Of a DNA stretch of 64,000 bases, positions 11,378-26,451 are shown piece after piece (the first letter of the stretch is position 1; each line of letters opens with the position of its first letter). The notes under the pieces were generated by a model, which was not told where the DNA came from, made no database searches, and worked only from the letters and a program-made list of their open reading frames with translations. Position numbers and translations under genes: made by a program. This DNA is from Carcharhinus amblyrhynchos. Its lineage: Eukaryota. The stretch is taken from positions 38,316,001-38,380,000 of the forward strand of contig OZ336896.1 in assembly GCA_965287045.1 (NCBI GenBank). Direction: 5' to 3'.

Positions 11378-14300
11378 ATTGTCATCGCAAACTTATGGAT
11401 ATTAGTTAACAAGAATTTCTGGTGTTTTGCTACCCGAAGGAATGGTTTCTGTGACAAAACATTTTATGTATTATAAATATATGGAAGATGGTCCCACTAA
11501 TAATGCCTGGAGCGGACTGTTATTGCAGATTATCTGAAGTATTCACCTATTTAATTAGCCATCTGCCCGATATGCGGATAGATCTAAAGTAACTATTCAT
11601 GTGCATGGATAGTGTAGTAAAGTTTTAAATTACGCAAATTGTGAATATGTTTCTAGTTGTAAACGTATACTTTTGGAATTGTATTGTAGTTGCAAACATA
11701 ACTAGCTGGATCCAATTTTCTATTCTTTAGAAATTACTGCGTAGGTATAATAAATGGGTAGATATATAGGTTAACAACACCATAGGTGGATTGAGGTAGA
11801 TTGCGCAGTTGTGTGAAATGTTTTATCAGGTTAAGTCACCGCTGATATCTGCACTGCCTATGTGCATTAAAGGAGTCACTTTATGTTTTAAAAACAGGCA
11901 AATTGAAAATACACCAAGGAAGGTTGAAAATGAGCAGAAAAGCAGCACGATTCATTTCTCTACCGTCTTAATTTAGTTTTCGTGTATATTTGAACACACA
12001 GAATATGGTGACATGGAAACAAATGTTGTACACTGGCGGGTCAGAGGGCTTTACAGTTCCACTGTGTCAAGTTATTGGGGTTTGCAGCTTTGTTGTAATG
12101 ACATGACTTTGTTTAGCTATAATGCAGTGTGTTCAGTCATAAATGATAATTTAAATATTACTCAATCATTCACGATGGATCCTCAGTTTATCACAACGTT
12201 ACTTTACATTAAATGAAAGAGGCCGGATCCATATTGCTGCAGTGAGCCACATCTGCCAATATCTCACAGGAGGCATCCAATTGCAGAAAGGCATAAGACT
12301 AGGTTCCAATTAGGCTTTAATGTTGCCTTCGTCTATTTTTTTTTTGGTTTATGTATGAAGGTATAACTTCAGGGGGTTTGGGCAGATGTTCTTCAATTCG
12401 TTCATTTTCACTGTCAGTTTGGAAACTGAAAATTAAGTATCAGCTACTGTTTAAAACACATGCAGAGATACATGCACAGTGGTCACTGAGCCTGCCGAGT
12501 GATTTGTAGAATAGAACCTCATCAAAGGAAAAAGGAAAACCATGAATTCACATTTTAACAGCAATTTGATTATAGAGAACGTTCCAATTATAGACTGTAG
12601 CTGATTGTCATTTTTCACCATCTGCAGTATACAATTTAATGTGATGGTATTTGGTTTTTTTTTACTTACTTGCATACATCCAATATATTATGAATTGAGC
12701 TAAAGGGCAGAATGCCACAAATAATCCTTAGCTGTTAAATATTTTGGAGCGTTTATAACTGCTTTGATACGACTCAAGTTGATAGGATTGCACAAGTGCT
12801 GTGGACGCAAGCGCAAGGGTTCCTAATTCTTGTATAGTTTGGCCGAAGTTGAATTGCATTCTTTAAACCTAAATCTAGTATTTGCACCGAAATGGCCTGC
12901 AGCGACCTCGAACGACGGGTCTTTCCCTACTCAAAATGTCAATTGCTGTTGTTTGAAGACATTCCATTTTTAGGTGCCAGAGACCCGAATCTGTGGTTTT
13001 AAAAGGGAGTTCAAAATATAATACATGAAGTCACAATTTACACGAAAAGCCAAACAATTTGTCCCAAAGAACATACAGATATGTTATTGTGACAGAAATT
13101 ATACTGGAAATGGACCAATATGCTCATTTATCCTTTTATATATTATTGTTAGAATGCTGTTCCCAATCATTGTTGCCCAGGTTAAGGTTTGTTTCTATCC
13201 TAAATAGATATATTGCTTCTAAATTTAAAAACATCTCTCTTAATCCACTTACTAATACAGAATTATTCCTTGTTACTAACTGATTGAGAGTGCATATTTT
13301 TACTTGATTTAACGTGATACTATGTTATTCAACACTTCATATAAACTGCGGCTTGTACGTTTAAGACAAGTTTTAATTATAAAGGAAGTAGATTGCAAAA
13401 GTCTATTTGATATCCAGAATTTCATTCTCAACGGGAAAGAACAAGGATGGTACTAGTGTCAGGTTGTCCCTTATAATACTGAGTTAAAAGACAGGCGAGT
13501 GTCTCTGTGCAGTAATTTGCACAGCAGAGTGGTCGTTCTCGGCAGAAAATAAGGGGATAACCTTGGCATACTTTGAGCAAACAGATAAAATAATTTATTT
13601 AGATTTATTTGATGTATGAAATGATGAGTTAATTTTCTGGTAGTTCACACTTTAGAAAATACATATTTGTGATATTTTGAAATTGAGTTCAGAATAAGTA
13701 GAATAAGTATCTATAATGCATTTCAAATGAAGCTGTTGAATAATCGCAGCTCGAACCCGCAATGTTTGACAATATATACAGCAATCACCAACATATGCAG
13801 ATAAATTGCTGACTAAAACATCCATTTAATGCCAATTTTCGGACTCGACCTGCAAGTCTTGCTGGTCCGAAACTGCAACATTCTCCCGTTGAAATACTCT
13901 CCCTAAACTATTTAGACTGGATACTATTCACGCTAAGTAGAAACATAACTCTCAGCATCTAACTAATTTTAAGAATAGAAAATGCAGTTTTGAAGTGTAA
14001 AATAGACCCAAATTAATTTTAGTCTCGTTTATCCTAAACTTTTGATATCATTAAAGAGGCGGAATGAACTTTTTGAATAAAAATGCACTTAAGAGATTAC
14101 GGTAGTTGTTTTCAATTTAATACAATATCAGCCCCAACAAGTCAAATCAAAATACAAAACAAGTATGTACATTCTGTAAAATACATCTCACATGATGCAA
14201 ACAGCCAGTTTAAGCGCATTGATTAAGTTTTACATTGGTTTGTTCTAATATTTGGATATTCTCAATGGTACTCACATGATAGAGGCTTATAGCTTAGCCA

Positions 14301-16083
14301 ACTTCTTGCAAATATTGAAAAATATTTTAACAACGAAAGGATCCTTCTGGAGATTCAGGATATCTTCACATTAACGAATAATCAGATGTTGACCTCAACC
14401 TATGATTTACTCAATGTCTTTACCCTCCCTAATGCTAGCCTAATAGAGACCACTGTTGTAACGAGTCCACTGCCAAGCACCATAACAATCCAAAAATTAA
14501 AACTGAAAGATTAGTCGTATCATCATGAATCCCAAGAAACGAACATCTATTTTTGTCCTAAACTAATTTCTTCCTTGAATGAATTGTTTTTCATCAGCAA
14601 TTTTATAAACTAAAACGTTGACAAAATTGATTCTATGAAAAATGTACTTTAAAACTGCATATGAGCCATTCACCACTTGTGTTTGTTCTTTTTGCTTCCG
14701 CCATTGCTCATTCTGCGGTTTGACGAATATCCAAGTCTCTTCAAACCCAACTTCTTTGCGTCAGCTCAATTATGTCAATCAAACTCTTTTCATTCAACCT
14801 TCTAAATGAATTTGTTAAATGCAAAGTTAAATATTATTAGTTTTCATTAATGAGTTTCATCAATAAAGTGGTTTTGTAAGTTGGGTATCGGAACGATTTT
14901 CTCCCCAAATAAATCCCCCACTACTCAGTGACTTTTTCGGTATTTGCTCATTTCACTAGTCGAAAGTGATCTTAGAACTTCCATTAACAGTTTCACCCTA
15001 GCTCCACGACACAAATACAAGTACCTTTCCTACTTATTCTAATGGAAATGGCGTCTCCTAAAACAAATGGAAACGATAACAAGGGAAGACGTGGCTTTAC
15101 CGTAACTTTAACCTGTAACTATTCATGGAGAATTTTAATACATTGGAATTATTCACTCATTCACCGGAGTTCAATATTGCTTAACTATCGGCTTGCCGTT
15201 CACCTTCGTGGGTAATTTAAAGTCACGCAGCGAGATAATACAGAATAATAGATAGCGTGTCTTTAGTATAACTGCGAGCATTGAAAGATCACAATGGGGA
15301 CTAAAATACTTGGTTGAAAATACAGGACCTGGAACGAGAGACTATCTTAAATCCAATTGGTTCTAATCTTGCTTAATTGCGGACTTTTGTCCAAATTAAA
15401 ATTTGAAGAAAATGTGGCGGAAAGATTTCTCATGGTTTGTGATGCACATTTTCACACCAATCCAATGTCTATAGTTGTTACTCAGAGAACACACACATAT
15501 TTCTTTCAATAGGACGAAAACCTCCAGCTAATATTGTTACGGAAATCTGGGGCGTTCCAAACCGCCAACCTCACCAGTTTCTTCTACCCATCAAACACAA
15601 ATACCACAAGAATTATCTGCTACAATGATTGCATTTAACACTTCTTATGTTATAGGTTTAAGCAAATAACAGCAACAATAAGACTGGCGATTATGAGACC
15701 GGTGTGAGAATTTGTCACACGAGATAAGATTAATTAGGAAGCAAAATAGTCCCTTAAAAGATTGTCTTTTAAAGTTAATCGCATTTTATATTGTTAAGGA
15801 TAGTTGCACAATCTATATATATGTGTAATACTGTTCGTTGTGTAATCCCCATTTCTCCTCTAAAAGAAGTTAATACGGGGGCGCTGTTAATTGTTTAACC
15901 CCCATTGCGGATTGATTTACGTTTTATTGTCGCTTTGTCGGCCTCATGAAAACTTTAACCAATCGTTTCGCAGATAGCCCACAACATATTAGCTAACTCT
16001 ACTTTGTTAGTTGAGAAGTTGAGAGAACAATTTCTACTCTTACATATAATTTCCCAATGAATCGAAGTGTATGATGTTTGATA

Positions 16084-16600
16084 ATGTCGATCTCTGGTGC
16101 TATTAGTAACTATTTTGTCGATTCACTTATAAGTCATGAAAGCGAGGGATCGCCTGCAACAAAGTTTGCTTCGGGCCAGTATATAGTCTCCAGACAGCCG
16201 GGGGTCCCAGAGCACCCTGAATTTCCTGCTTGCAATTTTCAACCGAAATCCCCCGTGTTCGGTCCTTCTTGGGCCCCCGTGTACGCTCAGTCCTCTACCA
16301 ATGTCTCCACTTTGTACCATCCATACGTCCAGTCTCACCCCATTCAGCCTGATAGCAGGTACATGCGGTCCTGGTTGGACCCGACCCCCAGGGCCGTCTC
16401 CCTACCCGGGATGCCTTCCAGCGGTCACGATTCATTGAAAACAGAGGTACTCGCGGGTCCCGGCGGCGAAACCTTACCAGCAGCGCTCCAAAAAATACAT
16501 GGCGAGTATTTGGAGAGTGAAACCATTAGCTCCGGGAAAGCGCCGTGCTATGAAGACAGTATATGTGAAGAGAAGGGAGACAAAGAGGCATCAGAACAAA
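16084..16600 (+). CDS. hoxb9: HoxB9 exon 1 (~252 aa spliced)
   Basis: ATG at 16084, MSISGAISNYFVDSLISHESE (HoxB9-type), motifs FPACNFQPK and YMRSWLD; donor A|GTAAGT at 16600/16601, phase 1. Confidence 0.95.
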
Positions 16601-17278
16601 GTAAGTTGTTCGGGAAATGTACTTGATTTATCTTAGGATAAAAATAGTTTAGGAACCTCACGCAAAAACGCGACTGAAATAAGGTTCCAATTAAAAGGCA
16701 GTTTGCTTCCAGTTTAGCCACAAGTATTTAACTGGTTTTATATTGCTTGTTATTTTATACGCCTCCGTTCTGTTTTATGGGTTACAAAAGTAACCACCTG
16801 CAAACCTTTAATGACGGGTTTGCCATTCTGTCTTCCTGGAGGCAATAAATAAATTAATGAATGAATAAAACTTATTCCCCCTTGTTATTTTACGTTTGAA
16901 TTAATCTACTGAAGAACTTGTGAACAAAAAAAATGTGCGGCACACCATCTTTGTGTCAAGCTGCAGTCAAGGCAGAAATCAAACAACTTATGCAGTGCAA
17001 TCGGGTCTTCCAATTTACTTCCCAAATGCAAGCCTGATGATGAACAAAAAAAACTAAACCGCCCAAATGTTTCCAATTTACTTATACACTTTACTGAGGG
17101 AAAATACTGAGTACACACATACATACATGCATATATGCTAGCTGAATCCTTAGCTCTATCGATATCATTTTGGGAAAATCCTACCATAAACATTGTAATG
17201 TTAGAAGTGCATTGAGAAAATATGATCGCAAAATTATTCTTATTCTGATCTGATTATTTTTCCTTCACTCATGTTCAG

Positions 17279-17520
17279 ACAATCCTTCTGCAAACTGGCT
17301 ACACGCTCGCTCGACAAGGAAAAAAAGATGTCCTTACAGCAAGTATCAGACCCTGGAGTTGGAAAAGGAATTTCTGTTCAACATGTACCTCACCAGGGAC
17401 CGGAGGCACGAAGTAGCTCGGCTTCTCAACCTGACTGAAAGACAAGTCAAAATCTGGTTTCAGAACAGGAGGATGAAGATGAAAAGACTCAGTAAGGAGC
17501 ACGTGAAAGAGTTCGAGTGA
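17279..17520 (+). CDS. hoxb9: HoxB9 exon 2 (homeodomain; not in the ORF track)
   Basis: Acceptor TTCAG at 17278; translates [79 protein letters not shown]; RRHEVAR is HoxB9-type. Confidence 0.95.
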
Positions 17521-18417
17521 CTAGCTTTAAGTTTAAACTTTAGTGCGTAGCAGGTTTTTGCTGTCACTGCAATATATCCTTAAAGCACGGTAGTTCTGAG
17601 AAAACCAACATGCATCCACAGCAAAGAATGGCCAGAATGTAAGGTTTTAACATCCAGCAATTCGGCTATTTATTTCGAACATTTTAGTGCATTCATTCAG
17701 GGAATAGAGTCACGTGTAAAGGATTTTATTGCAGGATATTAAGAGATACAACTTCCTCTCATTCTCATCCAGTATAACAGACAGAGAGAGCAGCGAGCCT
17801 TTTATCCCGCCACCTTTTCTCTCTTTATGGCTTAAAAAGAAACTTCGCGTTATTTATAAATTGCTACAATTTCTGTGAATGCTTTGGTGTTGGCCTTTGA
17901 CGCGAGAGCCGGATGGACCGCGTTCCAAAACAGCGCTTGGATTCTTTTAACCTACGATTAAATATATATATTTAATCTTATTGTTCCTAATGATTTAGCA
18001 CGACTTTATTTTAATTGTTTACATGCAAAAACGAATGTTTATAATCCATTTCGAAGACGTATTATATTGCGGTTGATTTAAGTACTGTTTTTCCAATCCC
18101 TGTATCACTTTGATTTGAGAATTTGTGTTTTTCAATGGAATTGTAACTACTGTTTAAACCGATTGATAGTCTACTTTACGATCTCTTTCTTCTGTAATCC
18201 CTGTCTGTGTGTTCGAGTGTGGGCCTAGCGGTTTTGTTTTAATGAGCAGTACGATGCTGTTAAGGTTTAAATTAGTAGCTTTCACCTTTGCTAAGAGTTT
18301 GTACAACTATGGGTAGCTTTACCACGTGGCTCATTCTTAACGTTGTTCTAATATTGTAGTTCAACTGTCGAAGCGAAATTTAACCATTTGTCGTATAGAA
18401 TGTCATGACATTTTAGA

Positions 18418-18423
18418 AATAAA
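18418..18423 (+). terminator. Candidate HoxB9 polyadenylation signal
   Basis: AATAAA ~0.9 kb after the stop codon. Confidence 0.45.
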
Positions 18424-20815
18424 ATATTGTTTAGGAATAATCTGGCGAATTATGATTGACGAACGGGTTATATAAAAAGAGGGTGACAACACGGTTCAGT
18501 TCAAAGGGATACATTTTAGAAGCAGTAACATTTCTGCTGACAGCTTGTTAAATATTTCTCAGTATTTCTGTCTCTGTCTGATGTGGAAGTGTTGTTTATA
18601 TTCCTGTGTTTGTGCAGATTTTGCATTTAAGGTAAACGAACTAACTATTTTGTATGAAATGATTGCCATTTCTAGGTGACCTTCACTTTTAGTTATTTTT
18701 TTCCGGAGCTCTCCGACAACAGCAGCGCGCGGTTGCACTATTTTAATGTGATTTATTACTAATAATAATAATAAATTAAACCCACAGAATGGTATAAAAT
18801 ATTTTGAACCCACCGTTCTTTGTACACCTAACACCACAATCATTAGATGGAAATATGTGAATGTATCAAAAACGGCTGCAAAATAAAATGCTGCTGAAAA
18901 ATTGGAAACGGTATTTCCCCGTGACCTTGTGTCTCCTGTTAAAGTCTTGTCTCATTCTTGATTGTGAATGTGAAGCTCTCTGTGTGACTCATGCACGAGA
19001 ACCAGACCCAGAAATCAAAGGGAAATCGCGGCATTTATTAAATAAGCTCTCTGAATAATTACAAACATTGAACAGAGGCATTTAGAAGCCTGAGCAGAAA
19101 GCCAACTCCTAAATTTTCAACAAAACCAAATTATTTATCTGATAAACCGCGAAGCAATTTCTGAGGACAAAGCCAGTGCTTATACCAGACAACGGATAGA
19201 AAGCAGCTCAGTATTTTTATCCCGTTTTCCCGATAAATCCTTTCTCAGGACGGGACACAATGGCGGGCCATCAGTAGAATAACGCCTGCAAGTGCGGGGA
19301 AGCATAAAACTAGCAAAGTGACCCCGCAAACAATGAAATGCCTCCCTCTTATGAAGGAATCTCAAACACAGAGTCTTGCTGAGTGTGACATATTCTCAAG
19401 TTGTTGGGATGGATGTAAAATGCAGAAATTAGGGTTTCAACCTGGGAGAATTGGTCCTTATCTCGTAAGTTGCTCACTTATTTTCCGTGTACTTGTCATT
19501 GGAGGGTCTGAAACATTCTGGGGTTTTTTGTCCTTTGCAAAAAAAAATAAATTCGAAACAAAAGTCCTAAAGGTATTTAAACGCTGGTTACTTTGCATAT
19601 TTCATCATCCAATGCATATCGGCAAGTGGTGAGCTCATTACTTTTTGTTTTGCACGCTAAGCATAACAGCTCTGCAATAATATGAATTGCTCTGGAAATT
19701 CAAAAGTAGACTCTTCGTGTGCTTCCACATGAAGGAGATTGCATATTCTGAAATAACTTCCATACACTATTGACAAGGAAACGTTATCGATATTCTGATA
19801 GTTTATTCGCATTGCTCGCTATTATAATGTGTGCTAATTAATATTCCTCCAATCGACCTATTTAAGCTGATTTTGTAACAAATGAGACCTTATTTCAGTA
19901 ATTTTATTCTCTTTGGAGGTTTTAAGTCGACCTCACCATTTAGCAGATGAAATAATTTATATTTGTCTGTATGTATAATCCATCCATCTATCTATCTACC
20001 TACCTACCAATCAACGTATGAGTGCATATATATATATACCTTTACGCATAGACAGATATGGATTTATGCACACAGTTATTATAGATTAGAATTATAACAT
20101 AACAAAAATAAATAAATGCAGGAACCTATCAACCTATGTGCTATACATTCCATTGACAAATGTGATAAAAGAACAAAATGTAAAAACGAAATTAAATATT
20201 ACACACTCAATTAGACCATGTCATTAAAAATGTGTCCACAAATAGCTAATGGGACATTTTAATGAAGCGTCTTTAACTTAAAGGAATTACATTCTAAACA
20301 AGAAATAACATTCCTATCCACAAATCTCTAATAGTAAGATGGCTATTTCACAATCTTGGAAAGAAAAGCTGCTCAATTCTATCGAATGTTCATATAGATG
20401 GCATTTCTGTTGATTACATTTCTTGTTGCTATCATATTGTTGACAACGCAACAAGGGATAATTAGACGGGAGGGAGGGGTTCTCGCCACTTTAAAAGCCT
20501 GCTGTTTAGGTTGGTTCAGTGGAAGTGCTGCCATGGATCTCTCGTGGCTATATTAACAAATAAATCTATGCTTAGCACTTTATACCTCCATAGCATAGTG
20601 GCCGTTTAAACAGCTTTTACTGCGCTGGAACTAAATAATTACAGTATCAGCGTGTCGTATATTAGAACTAATATAATATCAGTTATTTTCAGTTCAACAT
20701 TATTTCCCAAACACAAGAGACACAAACACTTAAAAGGGGAAGGCAGAAATGAGCCTAGCACAGTAGAGGAGGAGTTAGGAAGTTGTCTATCATTATAGGA
20801 AATTCAGTGTGGTGT

Positions 20816-20890
20816 GCTGCAATAAAATAATATGACCGTTGTAAAAGTTTATAGGGTATAAATTTCTGAAGGTTAAGAATTGAACGTCTG
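20816..20890. promoter_or_regulatory. Conserved Cdx/Hox-site enhancer between Hox9 and Hox8
   Basis: GCAATAAAATAATATGACCGTTGTAAAAGTTTATAGGGTATAAATTTCTGAAGGTTAAG: dense YAATAAA/TTTAT/TATAAA sites; resembles, from memory, the conserved early axial enhancer upstream of Hoxb8/Hoxa7. Confidence 0.6.
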
Positions 20891-21564
20891 TAAAACAAAC
20901 ACAGCAAAGGGAAAACTTTCAGAAGCTATTAAATTAAACTTACAACTGGAGGCGCCAAGCAATAAAAATATAACTTCGTGTTTTATTTCTGAAGGGAAAT
21001 ATATAGGAACTGGATTTGTTTAGGGAAAATCGCGGTGAATATTGTGGTGTAACCAATATGCATTTTCGACTCTAAAGCAAGCGACGCCCTCTTTTGTTCT
21101 ACTTCCTAACCATTTCAGGCTGCCAGAAATTGCTGCAATAAAAAGCTATACAGAGTCTGGCGAGACGTCTGGAGTAAGGTCTTTGGATGTGTTTACAGCC
21201 CTGCGCCCATGCCTGGGACTTTATTCTGAAGCAGAATGCTCAATTGTTTAGACTCGGACTCAGAGACAATAGAGTCCTGAAAGCTTTCTTTCCTTCCCTT
21301 TTTTTCTTTTTCTTCTTACCCCTCTTTACAGCCCTTCAGGAATTCAGATTGTTAGCAATTCACTGCAGCACGACACTTAGGATGTGGTTTATTGTACGAT
21401 CTCCGATTGTATTTGCCGAAGGAATTGAAGAGCTTAAACACTCTTCCTTTGCCACGGTTTGGGCCTAATGAATTCTTTACAGTCAGATTTTATCGCGCTA
21501 TTGCGCATATTTGCTTATGTTTTTTTCACCCTTTTTTTGAAGTCGAGAATACTTCGCCCTGATT

Positions 21565-21578
21565 CCAGTAGGTGGCAG
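21565..21578 (+). promoter_or_regulatory. CTCF motif, Hox8|9 boundary
   Basis: CCAGTAGGTGGCAG is a full match to the CTCF core CCASYAGRKGGCRS at the expected 8|9 position. Confidence 0.8.
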
Positions 21579-24500
21579 CATTGTTCCACCAAAACTCAGT
21601 CGTAGCAATTCTGCAGACATAGTACAAGAACCTGAAATTCAATAGATACAACACCCAGATAAAAAAAACATACAGCTTCCACTTCACTTTCCCCCGCCTT
21701 TCTTGCTTGATCCTCTTTTAAAATGATATGTATATTTTTAATCCTAAAAGGCTTTATCCTAATCAACTATTTTGTTCAGTACTTCGAATGCAACTTATCA
21801 CTAATGATAATTTGAAACTTATCTTCATTACAATGACTTCATCTGGACCACGTTTTATGCAGTCCTGTTATTTTCAAACTGCAGTATAAGCACGAGAAGA
21901 CAGCACAATAAAGTAAGTTCGCCCATTTACGGCAAAATATTCCACAATCTACGACTAATGTCAATAACTACAGACGGGCCCCCTTTATAGAGAAATCACG
22001 AGGTTTGCTACACTTGAGAAATACATAAAATGCTAGGAATTCGCACTTTTAAATATACCTCCACACAACTAAAAACCTAACAACTGTCTGTTTGACTCGC
22101 AGTTGCCTATTTCAAATTGTGAATACATTGGGAGACTAACGTATTTACTTATAGAAGTAAGTTACGTCGAAAAAATACACCTCGGGAAGCTTCGGTTCCA
22201 AATTAACTTGCAGGCCCGTTACACATCTCATATCTCAGTGCACATGCCTTTCGATTGAATGCATCCTCGACTGTTGTATATGTATCGATTATTGTTTGTG
22301 AGACTGTCTTCCTTTCAACAAGCCACACACACACATTTTCAGTGAATAGCCATCCGCATGGACAATTTCTCCGGACTAGTTCCAAGATCTTGCTGATTTA
22401 TTCTTTCTCAGAGGTTATTGATTTCGTTTTTATTTGTTGCATGATTTTAAAACATGAACAATTTAGGTAACCACTCCTTTATCTGTTTGTCTCGGTACTT
22501 AAATCAAGCTTTGCAGGTTTTTTCATATATAACCGAAACGACGAGTGTGACAGTTTCTTGAATTCGAATTTGCATAGAACTGAACTGATTATCGCCTTAC
22601 GTAAAAGCAAAACTGGAATTTCGCCCAAAATAAAGGCAGAACTATACTTTAATAGGATTACTCTTTCTCTGTTTCTGTCCTTGTTTTTCCCCCTCTATTT
22701 CAGTCTTTATGCCGCATGCTCCTCCAATAACCTTTATAGATAGCAGTTACCTATAAGTTAATTAAAAATAAAATTTAATTTAACACAAGGACGCCGAATA
22801 TAAAACATTTCTGGTAATACTTTATTTTTGCCTTTTTAATTATTTCACATGATTCTCCCAGGAAATGAAGACATATGATTAGCTATATAGAAAATAAACA
22901 ACATTATATTTTACAATTGCAATCCCGCGGGGTACGTGCTCATAAAAATGAAGGTACTTGTATGCGAGTACATCCCTTTATTTCCACCTTTGTGTCTGTA
23001 CATATGACACACTAATAGGAACATAACACGCCCGTGGTTTTACAGTTCAAATCTGACAAAGTTAGTAATGTTTTCAGTTATGCACAAGATCCTGCTTTCT
23101 ATTAATTTTAGATTACATTCCAATTAGATTATTTGCGTTTGCTTAACGTATCAATAATATCTCTGCTGATTAAGTTACATAAATACAGAATAATACAGAT
23201 CCATACATGTATCAGTAATATTTCTGTCATCCCATTTACTATAACAGACAACAGTCACAGCTGAATGTAAAGTGAAATTAATGTGTTAGTACTAACACCT
23301 ATAATATCCTATCTCGCTGTGCTGTTTTATATTTATCAGAACAGAGTGCTTAGATGTGAGAAATCTGCTTCGATTGCAAATATAGAGGAAATATATAGAA
23401 TATATAGAAATAGATATAAAGAGTCCCATTTGTAAACACTGTCGTTGGAAGAAGGTTTACTTTTTAAAACTCATTTGCAAGTAACTCTCATTAAGATGTG
23501 TGTGTTTAAATGTATCTACATTCACGATAGATACTTGGAATATCGTTACGCACGTGTGTGTGTGTGCGCGCGCCTATGTGCAGGAGAGAGAAAGATTGAT
23601 AGAGATTTCAAATGAAATTCACAATATGTGAATGCATTCATAATTAAACTCAGGAAATGCATTTGAACACTTTCGAACAAAATGGAATCACAGCCATTAA
23701 ATGAATCATGTTGCTGATAAAGAGATTAAACACATCAAAACACAAAGAAAAACAATATTGAGTAAACAGTCCAGAACCCTCTAAAGCACGTCATGGCCCT
23801 GAAACCTAATAAACAGCAATCACGTGGGCCCTCACGGACCGGACGGTGTAGATATTGTTTACTTTTGTCGCCAAAAAATCATTTTATTTCTACAAATCTC
23901 AAAAAGATCTTCAGATAATCAGTCAGTTACAATAACAAGGAACTAGCTGATCGCGTCTTAACAAAGAATTTTTATGCAAACTTCGCCACGTTCTTAAGTA
24001 TTTGCTTGGTCTATGCCCCACCACTAGTACATTTCAATCAACTTAGCTTTTTGAATAGAGTAAACCTGTTTTAAATCGGTTCCGTTATATTTAGCGTTAG
24101 TAGCGTCAAGGTCGAGGTACATTTCAACAGAATGAAGCGGATACAGAAAGTGAATACTGTTACTAAAATCGAAAGTAAAAGTTTATATTACAAACGAAAC
24201 GCTGGCCTTGATCCTTGAGAAAAGAAGAAGATAATATTAAAATAGTTTAAGCTGAGCCAAAGGTACCAATGGTCAGAAAGGAAAAAAGTTTTTAAGAGGA
24301 ACCCATCAATGAATTATTGAACTACTGAGTTCATTCAGTCCTATTACGAGCAGTTTTTTTTTCAGAAGGCCACTTATAGAAAAAGCAAATCATTTACAAG
24401 CATCAGCGTTTGTAGAACGGAATCGGTTTTTTTTTAGAATTGATGAGGTACTTCACACACCGCCCCTTTAAAAGGCATTCGATCGCCTTTTTATCACTGT

Positions 24501-26451
24501 TATCTTATTGGGTTACTTGATCAGTTGAGCAGATTTCACAGGCTACACGTGCTCGAAGTTAATAACATTTTCTTATCAGTGGTTTTCATTATTTCCTACC
24601 TCAGCTGTACTCAGTAACTTTAGTCAATGATACTTTTACAACATCGGTGCATTCCTCGCCAGCTGAGGTATGCCATTACATTGAAGAAAGCCTGCAGCAC
24701 AAGCATCACCAGTGTTTCTACAACACCGAATTATTGGGAGACTATAAAGGAACATTATGTTATGTGTGTATATATAGACTGGAGATAAATCGAGGGACAA
24801 AATGATGCAGAGACAAATTAACAATGGCTAGATAGAAAGACTAGACTATTGCGAGATTCATAATCAGAATAAGAATATGTGACGTTCCAATATCGGTATA
24901 TATTGTGCGCTGGTTGTGATAATATTTGGATAGATTCGCATTGTCACCGATATCCGGCAGTTTCCTTTACACTTTGCATTCTAACAAGTTCTATTTTGAC
25001 TAACTTTTTAACTGTTACGATGGCGTAAAGTCTGCTGATTTGGACGAGACCTTTTTTTATGGACAATCCGAATGCTAACCCAAAGTAAGCCTTTTGTACG
25101 TAATTGAAATACGTGATTAGATTTAGTATGCATCGGGAGACCTGCCAAGGTGTGTCAGATCAATTATGAATTATTTTGACTACTTCACAAAATCAAAGAA
25201 TCAAAGAGGTTTGCTAGAAAAATGGTTCGGCCTGACAATACCCGATTTCTGATTACTTGGCGGTAGGAAATATCTTGTTTTCAATTATCACCCCAAAAAA
25301 TCAACTTAAAATAATGCAGGTTTACCATAAATCATCACTATGATGTTTCGTTAGTGGTTTAAAACTAAATGGTCAGTTTGAAAATGTGAGCAAAGGTTAC
25401 AATACTCAAGTTTATACTCAATTTTAAAATGTAATGTTAACACTTTATAAATCACTACAACTATATATACTGTATATGTATACAGAAGCATAAATAAGTA
25501 TTAGATCTATGATAAAAAAAAATATATTCGAAGCAGATTAATGCGCGTCTTAGCGAGCTTTGTGCTAGCTTACAAGAACCTTTATTAGGAACCAGTGCAT
25601 TTGCTTTCACTAAGAAACCTCTGGATTGGAAAGTAAAACTCCGCTAATTAGATCAAATGTGAGGTGTAACATGCCATCCAATAGCAAATAGTCCATAACA
25701 GTTGTTTTGTATAAAAATGCCCTATATTTAAAATATTAAGCGACAATGGAGTGCCCTCTTCAGAAAACCTATATTTTACAGCTCCGCGCAGAGCCTCTCG
25801 TAAAAGCACTAACTGCCGTTCACTGCGTGTTATAAACAATAACAGGCTGTGCTTTTATTACGCTTTATAGTTCCTTAATCTCTTTCCTATAGTTCTCAGA
25901 TGACTGTTACTGTTCCAGGGTCCGTCCAAGTACCAGATAAAAGGCTTTATTAATAATAGGAAGACGGGTCATTAAATTGTTAAATACCACTAGATCCCCC
26001 CCTTCCTTAAGATAAAACATTTTTTATAAAAAAAACCCAAATAATTTGCGTTTGTCAATTACTGTACTTGTCGCTACGCTGCAATAACTTGGGAGGAAAA
26101 ATAGCAATTAGATCCAAAGTTGATAGTAATTAGATTTTTGGTTTGCTACTGTATTGCCATGTCTTGTTGATGTAACTCTGACCTTTAAAAGAGACGCATA
26201 TTCTCATTAAATGGTTTGGAAATTAACATCTGAATGTCTATCCTTTACTTCACAACAGCGCGGATACTTCCCCTTATCAATCTTTTGGTGGCGTATGTAT
26301 TTCATCTGTTGTAAAGCGGCTGATATCCCGGTAATGAACATGGTTGAATATATTAATCCGCATATTCCCCCCTCTCTATCTTTCTCTCATTCCCTCTCTC
26401 TCTCTCACCATTCCCTTTTCACGCGGTGCAGTGTCCGTACGGAGTAGGCGA

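Noticed and set aside
15871-15884. CTCF-like TAATACGGGGGCGC upstream of HoxB9 (similar partial hits near 20942 and 50275)
   Set aside because: Only half of the core matches.
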